The translations under genes were made by a program, and so were the position numbers. The notes beneath the pieces were generated by a model, which saw only the letters and a list, made by a program, of their open reading frames with translations, searched no databases and was not told the DNA's origin. Of a DNA stretch of 64,000 bases, positions 28,231 through 36,587 are shown one piece after another. Source of the DNA: Clostridia bacterium (lineage in GTDB: Bacteria > Bacillota > Clostridia > Christensenellales > Aristaeellaceae); assembly GCA_017938695.1 (NCBI GenBank), contig JAGBBA010000057.1, forward strand, positions 506-64,505, given 5' to 3'. The stretch's first letter is position 1. Every line of letters starts with the position of its first letter.

Positions 28231-29887
28231 CCTTCAGTTTGGTGAGGGCGATCTGCGTTTCAGCGGTGGTTTCGCCCAGCAGCGACGCGATCTCCTGCAC
28301 GATGCGCATCTGCTTGTCGATCACCTTGTTGGTGATCTCCACCGTCTGCTGCTTCAGTTCGCTGCCCTGCAGGCGCAGCTGCTCCTGCTCGGTCACGTCG
28401 CGGATGAGGGTGATCACCACATGATACTGACGGTCGTAGAGGATGGTTTCATCCACATAGCGGCCGTAATCGGCCAGGTAGTGCTTGCAGGAGGTGGTGT
28501 GCAGCGCGGCGTTGACGATATTCACATAGGGTTCGGGGCTGAGGATGCGGATCACATGCTCGTGCAAAATGTCGTTGACATTTTTCAGGCCGAACATCTT
28601 CAGCGCGGAGGGGTTGATCTGCTGCACCACCAGATCCTCGTTCATCACGATAACGGCAGTGGGAGTATTGTTGATGATGGTATCGGAGAAGCTCTCCGCC
28701 TTTTCCTTCAGGAAGGGCAGGCACATTTCGATCTTGGCCTTGCCCTCCAGGATGGCGATGGCCTTGTCCCGGCAGGTGGGATAGCCGCAGCTGCCGCAGT
28801 TCAGCTCCTTCTCGGGGCTGGTTTTGCCCATCTTGAACAGCATATCGCGGATGGCGTCGCCGCCGAAATTCACACGGCGGTCGCCCTCGAAGGCGTAGGT
28901 GGTGCGGATGTTGGGCTTGTGCTCGATGACGTAGGGGGTCTCGCCGTTGCCGGAGAAGGTGTCCACGCGCATGGCACCCTTCAGGCGTCGCTCGGCATGG
29001 TCGCGGATGCAGGGGCCATTGACGCAGCTGCCCTCGCAGGCACTCATCTCGATGAACACCTTGCCGAATTCGCTGTTCTCGATCTCGTCAAACACGCCGC
29101 GGCAGTTGTCGATGCCGTCGATGGCGATGCGGCGGTAGCCCTCCACCTTGGCGGTGGCCTTCAATACGCCGCCGGTAGCCGGGTACAAGCGGGCCAGGGC
29201 GCCCTCGCTGGCAGGGTCCACATGCTCGTAGGGCAGCTCGATGCCCTCGGCGGCGAACCAGTCGGCCAGCTCGTCAAAGGTGAGCACAGCATCCACATAG
29301 CTGCTCTCGTCGCCCTCCTGCTTCTTGGCGATGCAGGGGCCGATGAACACCGTGTAGGCGTCGGGCTGCTGCTCCTTGATCAGCTTGCAGTGGGCCTCCA
29401 TGGGGGTCATCACCTTGGCCAGGTAAGGCAGCATGGCGGGATAGTACTTCTTGATCAGCATGTTGATGGAGGGGCAGCAGCTGGAAATGATCACATGCAG
29501 CTTGCCCTCGCGCATGATGTCGGCGTACTCCTCGCTGACCAGCTGCGCGCCAATGGCGGTCTCCTGCACCTCGGCAAAACCCAGGCCAGTGAGAGCCTCG
29601 GCGATGACGGACAGGTTGCGGATGCGGAAGTTGGCAATGAAGGACGGTGCCAGGCTGCACACCACGCGCTTGCCTGCGGCAATGGCGGCCTTCACCTGCA
29701 GCACGTCGTTGCGCACCTGCTTGGCCTTCTGGGGGCAGGTGACGTAGCAGCGGCCGCAGAGAATGCAGTCGTTATGCACGATCTCCGCGGTATCGTGGGC
29801 GAAGGTGATGGCCTTCACCGAGCAATCGCGGATGCACTTGTAGCAGTCGGTACAGTTGTTTTTGTTCAGATTCAGTATCTCTTGCAT
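28211..29887 (-). CDS. sensory-type [FeFe]-hydrogenase with C-terminal Cys motif and PAS domain (HydS/HfsB-like)
   Basis: 2x[4Fe-4S] N-terminus. H-cluster motifs SSCCPSI, GPCIAKKQE and EMSACEGSCVNG. An extra CGSCGYPTC motif, then a PAS-like region and a coiled C-terminus. GGAGGGG RBS. Confidence 0.85.
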   Translation of the reverse strand: MQEILNLNKNNCTDCYKCIRDCSVKAITFAHDTAEIVHNDCILCGRCYVTCPQKAKQVRNDVLQVKAAIAAGKRVVCSLAPSFIANFRIRNLSVIAEALTGLGFAEVQETAIGAQLVSEEYADIMREGKLHVIISSCCPSINMLIKKYYPAMLPYLAKVMTPMEAHCKLIKEQQPDAYTVFIGPCIAKKQEGDESSYVDAVLTFDELADWFAAEGIELPYEHVDPASEGALARLYPATGGVLKATAKVEGYRRIAIDGIDNCRGVFDEIENSEFGKVFIEMSACEGSCVNGPCIRDHAERRLKGAMRVDTFSGNGETPYVIEHKPNIRTTYAFEGDRRVNFGGDAIRDMLFKMGKTSPEKELNCGSCGYPTCRDKAIAILEGKAKIEMCLPFLKEKAESFSDTIINNTPTAVIVMNEDLVVQQINPSALKMFGLKNVNDILHEHVIRILSPEPYVNIVNAALHTTSCKHYLADYGRYVDETILYDRQYHVVITLIRDVTEQEQLRLQGSELKQQTVEITNKVIDKQMRIVQEIASLLGETTAETQIALTKLKDAMAHE

Positions 29888-29962
29888 GGTGACCCCTCCG
29901 GATAAACACTGCGACAGGGCTGACGCGTTTCACGCCAGCCCTGATGAATAGATTGCCGCTTT

Positions 29963-30202
29963 TTACAGCCGGGGAAGAACGTCCTTTTCAAAGAAATCCC
30001 GGGTGTCGGCCGGCGTGAGGGAGAAGGCCTCGCCGTCGATGGTGACGCACACGCCGTTCTGGCAGTTGCCCATGCAGAACTGGCCGGCCAGCTCGATCTT
30101 GTCGCTCAGGTTGTTCTCTTTTACCAGCTTCTGAAGATCTTCCACGATCATACGGGAGCCCTTCAGGTGGCAGCTGGAACCGATACAGATGGTGATTTTC
30201 AT
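29963..30202 (-). CDS. thioredoxin-like [2Fe-2S] ferredoxin (NuoE/HndA-like small protein)
   Basis: Cx4C ... Cx3C pattern (CIGSSC, CMGNC). AAAGGAG RBS favours the ATG at 30202. Confidence 0.75.
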   Translation of the reverse strand: MKITICIGSSCHLKGSRMIVEDLQKLVKENNLSDKIELAGQFCMGNCQNGVCVTIDGEAFSLTPADTRDFFEKDVLPRL

Positions 30203-30223
30203 GGTCAGCATCTCCTTTTGTGA

Positions 30224-30979
30224 TTACTGATAATCCACAACGTTGACCCAGGAAAGCAGGAACTCGCGCTCGTCGGCATTGCCCTTCACAGACTGGCTGG
30301 CTGCCACGATGGGCATCCACTTCTGCACATACTGCATGGCGGTATCGCTCTTCTTGCAGAACAGATGCAGATATTTCTTTGCCATTTCTTTGTCGCCGGA
30401 GAGGCAGAACAGCAGGTAGGTGCGGGCGGCATCAGCCGAGGCATTGCCCTGGGTGGCGTGGGACCAGTCCAGGATGTAGGGGGTGCCGTCCTCGGTGATG
30501 ATGATGTTGGAGGGGTTGAAGTCGCCGTGGCACACCTTGTTGTGCTTGGGCATACCCTCCAGACGGGTGTGCAGGTCGTAGCGGGTGGTGGCGTCCAGCT
30601 CCGTCTGGCTGATCTTGCGGTTCATCTTGTCCTTGAGCTTGTTCAGCATGGGGCAGGTTTTGCTGTGCATTTCCAGCTGCAGGTCCACCAGCAGCTCCAG
30701 GTATTCATCCTGGTGCTCGCCTTCGGTATCCTCCTGCATCAGCTGAGCAAGGGTCTTACCCTTGATATATTCGGAAACAATGGCCCATTTTCCTTCTACC
30801 ATGGTCACTTCCAGCACCCGGGGAATGTTCAGCCCGGTCTCCTCGATGCGGGCCTGGTTGAGGGCCTCGTTCAGCACGTCCGCCTTGGAATACTCGGCGT
30901 CGAACACCTTAACGCAGCGGTCGCCGTCGCGGTAGATGGTCTTTTTGTTGCGCAGGGCGATAACACGATCCAGCTTCAT
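30224..30979 (-). CDS. APH/choline-kinase-fold phosphotransferase (putative protein kinase)
   Basis: Catalytic loop HGDFNPSNIII, metal-binding ILDW and N-lobe CVKVF. AAGGAGG RBS lies in the 15-nt gap after adhE. Confidence 0.75.
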   Translation of the reverse strand: MKLDRVIALRNKKTIYRDGDRCVKVFDAEYSKADVLNEALNQARIEETGLNIPRVLEVTMVEGKWAIVSEYIKGKTLAQLMQEDTEGEHQDEYLELLVDLQLEMHSKTCPMLNKLKDKMNRKISQTELDATTRYDLHTRLEGMPKHNKVCHGDFNPSNIIITEDGTPYILDWSHATQGNASADAARTYLLFCLSGDKEMAKKYLHLFCKKSDTAMQYVQKWMPIVAASQSVKGNADEREFLLSWVNVVDYQ

Positions 30980-30994
30980 ATCTGTTTCCTCCTT

Positions 30995-33697
30995 TTACGC
31001 CTTGCGGCCCTTGCTGTAAACAGCTTTGATGGTATCGGTGGTGTCCTTCACGGGCAGGTCCTTCTCGGTGGGCATGGCCTGCTCCTCAAAGTGCTTGCCG
31101 TAGTAGGCATTCAGGTACATCTGCTTGATCTCGCTCATCAGCGGATAGCGGGGGTTGGCACCGGTGCACTGGTCGTCGAAGGCCTGCTCCACCATATCAT
31201 CGAGGTTGTCCAGGAAGGCCTTCTCGTCCACGCCGTACTCGGCGATGGTGTCCTTGATGCCCACCCTGTGCTTCAGGTCGTTGATCATGGCGATCAGGCC
31301 TTCCAGCTTCTGCTCGTCAGTGTCAGCCTTCACGCCCAGGTAGTCGGCGATCTCGGCATAGCGGGCCAGGGTGTGGGGATGATCATACTGGGAGAAAGTG
31401 CCCATCTTGGCAGGAGCCTCGCTGGCGTTGAAGCGCAGCACCTCTTCGATCATCAGGGCGTTGGCCACGCCGTGGGGCAGGTGGTGGAACGCGCCCAGCT
31501 TGTGGGCCATGGAGTGGCACACGCCCAGGAAGGCGTTGGCGAAGGCCATACCAGCCATGGTGGCGGCGTTGGCCATCTTCTCGCGGGCTTCCACATCGGT
31601 CTGGCCGTTCTCGTAGGCGCGGGGCAGGTACTGGAAGATGGTCTTCAGGGCCTTCAGTGCCAGGCCGTCGGTGTAATCGGTGGCCAGCATGGCGGCATAG
31701 GCTTCCAGCGCGTGGGTCACCGCGTCGATGCCGGAGGCGGCAGTCAGACCCTTGGGGGCGGACATATGGAAGTCAGTGTCGATGATGGCCATGTTGGGCA
31801 GCAGCTCGTAGTCGGCCAGGGGGTACTTCACGCCGGATTGCTCATCGGTGATGACGGCGAAGGGGGTCACCTCGGAGCCGGTGCCAGCGGAGGTCGGAAC
31901 CGCGATGAAGTAGGCCTTCTCGCCCATCTTGGGGAAGGTGTACACGCGCTTGCGGATGTCGATGAAGCGCATGGCCATGTCCATGAAGTCGGCTTCGGGA
32001 TGCTCGTACAGCACCCACATGATCTTGGCCGCGTCCATGGCGGAGCCGCCGCCCAGGGCGATGATGGTATCGGGCTGGAAGGCCGCCATCTGGGCCGCAC
32101 CGGCCTTGGCATTGGCCAGGGTGGGATCGGGCTGCACGTCAAAGAAGGTGGTGTGGGTGATGCCCAGCTCGTCCAGCTTGTCGGTCACGGGCTTGGTGTA
32201 GCCGTTCTGATACAGGAAGTTATCGGTAACGATGAAGGCCTTCTTCTTGCCCATGACGGACTTCAGTTCGTCCAGGGCCACGGGCAGGCAGCCCTTCTTG
32301 ATATAGATCTTCTGGGGGGTACGGAACCAGAGCATATTCTCCCTTCTTTCAGCAACGGTCTTGATGTTCAAAAGGTGCTTCACGCCCACGTTTTCAGAAA
32401 CGGAGTTGCCGCCCCAGGAGCCGCAGCCCAGCGTGAGGGAGGGAGCCAGCTTGAAGTTGTACAGGTCGCCGATGCCGCCGTGGGAGGAAGGAGTGTTCAC
32501 CAGGATGCGGCAGGTCTTCATGCGGGCGGCAAACTGGTGGAGCTTCTCCTGCTCGGTGGTTTCATTCAGGTAGATGGAGGAAGTGTGGCCGTAGCCGCCG
32601 TCCGCCACCAGCTGCTCGGCCTTGGCCAGGGCGTCCTCGAAAGAGGTTGCCTTGTACATGGCCAGCACGGGGGAAAGCTTCTCGTGGGCGAACTCCTCGC
32701 TCAGCTCCACGCTCTCCACCTCGCCGATGAGGATCTTGGTACCCTCGGGCACGGTGACGCCAGCCAGCTCGGCGATCTTCGCAGCCTTCTGGCCAACGAT
32801 CTTGGCGTTCAGGCCGCCGTTGATGATGATGGTCTTGCGGACCTTCTCGGTTTCCTCGGGGTTGAGGAAGTAGCAGCCGCGGGCAGCGAACTCGGCCTTC
32901 ACGGCTTCGTAGACACTCTCCATCACGATAACAGACTGTTCGGAGGCGCAGATCATGCCGTTGTCGAAGGTCTTGGAATGGATGATGGAGCTGACAGCCA
33001 GCAGCACATCGGCGGTATCGTCGATGATGGCAGGGGTGTTGCCGGCACCAACGCCCAGGGCGGGCTTGCCGGAGGAATACGCAGCCTTCACCATGCCGGG
33101 GCCGCCGGTGGCCAGGATGATGTCGCTCTCCTTCATCACGGTGTTGGTCATCTCCAGGCTGGGCACGTCGATCCAGTCGATGATGCCCTCGGGTGCACCG
33201 GCAGCCACAGCGGCTTCCAGCACCAGCTTGGCAGCAGCGATGGTGCAGCCCTTGGCCCGGGGATGGGGAGAAATGATAATGGCATTACGGGTCTTCAGGG
33301 CCAGGAGGCACTTGAAGATGGCCGTGGAGGTGGGGTTGGTGGTGGGGATCACCGCGGCGATAACGCCGATGGGCTCGGCGATCTTCTTCACGCCGAAGGC
33401 CTTGTCCTCCTCGATCACACCGCAGGTCTTGGTGTTCTTGTAGGCATTATAAATATATTCTGCAGCATAGTTGTTCTTGATCACCTTGTCTTCCACAACG
33501 CCCATGCCGGTCTCCGCCACGGCCATCTTGGCCAGGGAGATGCGGGCCTTGTTGGCAGCGGAAGCCGCCGCCAGGAAGATCTTGTCCACCTGCTCCTGGG
33601 TGTAGGTGGCAAAAACCTGCTGCGCCTTACGGGTACGGCCGATGGCCTCCTCCAGGGAAGCTACACTGTCAATGATATCGTAACGTTTCGTTTCCAT
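30995..33697 (-). CDS. adhE: bifunctional acetaldehyde-CoA / alcohol dehydrogenase
   Basis: 900 aa. N-terminal ALDH domain (catalytic Cys context FDNGMICASEQS) and a C-terminal Fe-ADH domain (GGGSAMDAAK, His-rich metal site). Confidence 0.97.
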   Translation of the reverse strand: METKRYDIIDSVASLEEAIGRTRKAQQVFATYTQEQVDKIFLAAASAANKARISLAKMAVAETGMGVVEDKVIKNNYAAEYIYNAYKNTKTCGVIEEDKAFGVKKIAEPIGVIAAVIPTTNPTSTAIFKCLLALKTRNAIIISPHPRAKGCTIAAAKLVLEAAVAAGAPEGIIDWIDVPSLEMTNTVMKESDIILATGGPGMVKAAYSSGKPALGVGAGNTPAIIDDTADVLLAVSSIIHSKTFDNGMICASEQSVIVMESVYEAVKAEFAARGCYFLNPEETEKVRKTIIINGGLNAKIVGQKAAKIAELAGVTVPEGTKILIGEVESVELSEEFAHEKLSPVLAMYKATSFEDALAKAEQLVADGGYGHTSSIYLNETTEQEKLHQFAARMKTCRILVNTPSSHGGIGDLYNFKLAPSLTLGCGSWGGNSVSENVGVKHLLNIKTVAERRENMLWFRTPQKIYIKKGCLPVALDELKSVMGKKKAFIVTDNFLYQNGYTKPVTDKLDELGITHTTFFDVQPDPTLANAKAGAAQMAAFQPDTIIALGGGSAMDAAKIMWVLYEHPEADFMDMAMRFIDIRKRVYTFPKMGEKAYFIAVPTSAGTGSEVTPFAVITDEQSGVKYPLADYELLPNMAIIDTDFHMSAPKGLTAASGIDAVTHALEAYAAMLATDYTDGLALKALKTIFQYLPRAYENGQTDVEAREKMANAATMAGMAFANAFLGVCHSMAHKLGAFHHLPHGVANALMIEEVLRFNASEAPAKMGTFSQYDHPHTLARYAEIADYLGVKADTDEQKLEGLIAMINDLKHRVGIKDTIAEYGVDEKAFLDNLDDMVEQAFDDQCTGANPRYPLMSEIKQMYLNAYYGKHFEEQAMPTEKDLPVKDTTDTIKAVYSKGRKA

Positions 33698-33753
33698 AAC
33701 GAACCCTCCTCACAACTGAGCCGCTGGCCGGATGCACGGTGCATCCCCTCGGC

Positions 33754-33771
33754 TCGTTAATATTTTAACAA
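33754..33771. promoter_or_regulatory. Rex-like operator upstream of adhE
   Basis: The minus strand reads TTGTTAAAATATTAACGA against the clostridial Rex consensus TTGTTAAnnnnTTAACAA (1 mismatch). It lies about 60 nt upstream of the adhE ATG. Confidence 0.5.
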
Positions 33772-33857
33772 AAGAGGGCGCGTTTGTGAAATCTGAAAAT
33801 GTTATAGGGTATGATCAATTTTCATATAAGGCAAAATTGGTCTGAAAGCAGAACAAA

Positions 33858-34778
33858 TCAGAGGTATCGTCTCCGGGCCTGGCACAGCTCGGTGATGAAC
33901 GCCTGATCCAGCGTGGTCAGCCGGTAGCCGTTGCGGTAGATCAGCACGTCCCGGTAAACGCGCTGGTTTTCCTTGCACACCTTCTGCACCAGGCCGTAGC
34001 GTTCCAGCAGCTTGTCCGGCACAGGGGAAATCCACATGAAGGTATCGGTGTTTTCGCTCAGCAGGTCAAACTGGCTGGCACGCTCGTAGATAAAGATGCG
34101 CCGGTCAATGTTATCGGGCAGCTCCTCCTTCACCACCTTGGACAGTGGCAGCGAGGGCACATAAGGGTCAGCATGGGCGATCTCGATATAGGGCCGCAGA
34201 TCCTCGAAGGTGATGTCCTCCTTCTGGGCCAGGGGGTGCTGGCGGCTCATCAGCAGCTGGTAGGAGAACTCGCAGATCATCTCGTAGGTGATCTCCTTCT
34301 CATCCAGCATGCTGCGGAAATACTGGTCGTAATTCTCCGCATAGCGGATGATGCCCAGCCGGAAATCATTCTCCAGCAGATTACGGATGGTGCGCTGGGA
34401 GTTGGTCTCCTTGTAGAACAATTCCGCACTCTGGTCAGAAAGCTGGCAGGAGAACTTTGCAAAGGCCTCGGAGATATAGCTGGCCCGTGGCACGGAAATG
34501 GAAAACCGCTGCTTGGGCACCGCAGGCTTCTTGTACATGTTCTCTACCTGGTCGATCTGCTGCAGGATGCTCTTGGCATACTGAATAAACTCTTCGCCCT
34601 CGGGGGTCAGAAGCATACCCTTCGCCGAGCGGTCGAAGATGGTGATGCCCAGGCCTGCCTCCAGCTCCTTGATCGAACGGCTCAGGTTGGGCTGGGCAAT
34701 CAGCAATGCCTGCGCCGCCTTGTTCAGCGAGCCCGCTTTCGCCACCTCAACAGCGTATTTCATGTGGAGGATGTTCAT
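33858..34778 (-). CDS. LysR-family transcriptional regulator
   Basis: N-terminal wHTH (MKYAVEVAKAGSLNKAAQALLIAQPNLSRSIKELE) and a LysR substrate-binding domain. Confidence 0.9.
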   Translation of the reverse strand: MNILHMKYAVEVAKAGSLNKAAQALLIAQPNLSRSIKELEAGLGITIFDRSAKGMLLTPEGEEFIQYAKSILQQIDQVENMYKKPAVPKQRFSISVPRASYISEAFAKFSCQLSDQSAELFYKETNSQRTIRNLLENDFRLGIIRYAENYDQYFRSMLDEKEITYEMICEFSYQLLMSRQHPLAQKEDITFEDLRPYIEIAHADPYVPSLPLSKVVKEELPDNIDRRIFIYERASQFDLLSENTDTFMWISPVPDKLLERYGLVQKVCKENQRVYRDVLIYRNGYRLTTLDQAFITELCQARRRYL

Positions 34779-34806
34779 CCTGCGTCACTCCTGCTCATGG
34801 TAATCG

Positions 34807-34851
34807 TAATAACTACATCTCTATTATAAAAGGGAAAACGGTGGAGTGCAA
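34807..34851 (-). promoter_or_regulatory. lysR promoter with overlapping T-N11-A-type inverted repeat
   Basis: On the minus strand: TTGCAC, a 17-nt spacer, then TATAAT. The TAATA-N10-TATTA dyad (34807-34826) overlaps the -10 element. Confidence 0.45.
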
Positions 34852-35151
34852 CCAGATAAAATGACCATTTTCACATCAAACATCTACACCAAAACTGGAT
34901 TTGTGATATAATATACCCATCCGGGCCATGAGGAGACCGAGGAAGAAATAAGGAAGCTCCAGGTCAGAAAACTGGTACCAGCAAAAGAGCCGTGTCGTCA
35001 ATTACCCCCGGTTATACGACACATTTACGACAATCGGGGGATAAACGACGCCAATATATGCGAAGTTATACGAAAAATGCAGTGAAAACCATCTGCTGCA
35101 CAAATGTTGTGAAGTTTAGTAAAATCAACGGTTTCAAGGAGTTTTGAGCAT

Positions 35152-35610
35152 ATGAAGAAAGTATTGTTCGTCTGCCACGGCAACATCTGCCGCAGCCCCA
35201 TGGCGGAGATGATCCTCAAGCACCTGGTGCGGGAGCGCGGGCTGGAAAAGCAGTTCACCATTGCCTCTGCTGCCACCAGCACCGAGGAGATCGGCAATCC
35301 GGTGTATCCGCCAGCCCGCGCGGAGCTGGCGCGGCACGGCATCCCCGTGGAGAAGCGAGGTGCCCGGCAATTGACCCGGGCGGATTATGCTGCCTACGAT
35401 CTGCTGATCGGCATGGATAACGCCAACATCCGCAACATGAACCGGATGCTGGGCGGCGACCCGGAGGGGAAGATCCACCGGCTGATGGACTTCACCAATC
35501 GCCCCGGCGAGGTGTCTGATCCCTGGTATTCGGACAGGTTTGATATTGCGTATCGTGATATCCTTGAAGGCTGTCAGGGTTTGCTGGCCCATGTGCTGGA
35601 GCAGCCCTGA
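35152..35610 (+). CDS. low-molecular-weight protein-tyrosine phosphatase
   Basis: CX5R(S) P-loop VLFVCHGNICRSPMAE and the DP general-acid motif (SDPWY). Confidence 0.9.
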   Translation: MKKVLFVCHGNICRSPMAEMILKHLVRERGLEKQFTIASAATSTEEIGNPVYPPARAELARHGIPVEKRGARQLTRADYAAYDLLIGMDNANIRNMNRMLGGDPEGKIHRLMDFTNRPGEVSDPWYSDRFDIAYRDILEGCQGLLAHVLEQP

Positions 35611-35658
35611 CACGCGAAAGGCGACGTACCGCAAAGGTACGCCGCCTTTTCGTATGCA

Positions 35659-36579
35659 TCAGGTACGCTGCACGCCGAATACGCCGATGATGATCACCGC
35701 CGCGGCGATCACAGAAACCAGGGTAATGCTCTCCCCTAAGAACACCACCCCTGCAAAGACCGACAGCACCGTGGTCACATTGCAGAAGGCGGTGGATTTG
35801 CTCACCGGGAGCACCGTGGCGGCATAGTTCAGGCAAAGGAAGGCCAGGATGGACGACAGCAGCGACAGGTACAGCATCGCCAGCATGAAGGGGCCGCTGC
35901 GCAGCGGTGCCAGCAGGGCCGCCGGAGCTTGCCTGCATTCCACCACGGCCAGCAGCGTAAAGATCACCGCACCTACCAGCATCATCACATAGGTGCGCTC
36001 CAGGGCGGAGAATTTCCCCGATAGCCTGCGGCTGAGCATATTGAACGCCGCGCCGCTGATCACCGCGCCCACCAGCAGCAGCACGCCCAGGGGCCTGATG
36101 TCGCCGCCGGAGCTTTGCTGCAAGGTCATCACCACCACACCGGCGATGGACAGCAGCGAAAAGAGTACCTGCTGCCAGGTGGGTTTCTCCCCCAGCAGCA
36201 CGGCACCGGCCGCCAGCGCAACAATGGGGATCAGCGCGATGATCACCCCGGACACCGTCGCATTGGTCATGCTGATGCCATAGCTCTCGCACAGGAAATA
36301 CAAAACCGGCTGGATCAACCCCAGCAACGTCAGCGGAGCCGTTTCTTTCCATGACAGGCGGAAGCGCAGCCAGCCCTGGCGGTTGGTCTTCTTAGCCCAC
36401 AGAACCACAACGGTCATGAACGCAAAGGCCAGGCAAAAGCGGTACATCAGCATCACAAAGGGCGATGCCGCCTGCAAGGCCACGCGGGAAAACATAAAAC
36501 TGAAACCAAAGATGCTGTTGCCGCACAGGGCGGCCAGGGTGCCCCACAGCACCTTTCTGCCAGGTCGAATCTCTGCCAT
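35659..36579 (-). CDS. EamA/DMT-family transporter
   Basis: Ten predicted TM helices in two EamA repeats. The start at 36579 (MAEIRPG) was chosen because the track's 120-aa N-terminal extension overlaps the upstream gene. Confidence 0.85.
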   Translation of the reverse strand: MAEIRPGRKVLWGTLAALCGNSIFGFSFMFSRVALQAASPFVMLMYRFCLAFAFMTVVVLWAKKTNRQGWLRFRLSWKETAPLTLLGLIQPVLYFLCESYGISMTNATVSGVIIALIPIVALAAGAVLLGEKPTWQQVLFSLLSIAGVVVMTLQQSSGGDIRPLGVLLLVGAVISGAAFNMLSRRLSGKFSALERTYVMMLVGAVIFTLLAVVECRQAPAALLAPLRSGPFMLAMLYLSLLSSILAFLCLNYAATVLPVSKSTAFCNVTTVLSVFAGVVFLGESITLVSVIAAAVIIIGVFGVQRT

Positions 36580-36587
36580 AGGGCTGA

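Noticed and set aside
25396-29905. Long plus-strand ORFs (25396-27060, 27067-28245, 27980-29905)
   Set aside because: They are antisense to the hydrogenase and PP2C genes, which carry clear Fe-S, H-cluster and PP2C motifs on the minus strand.
30365-33760. 1131-aa plus-strand ORF
   Set aside because: It is exactly antisense to the strongly supported adhE gene. The translation is low-complexity (G/A/V/L/H/Q-rich) with no motifs, which is a typical high-GC antisense artefact.
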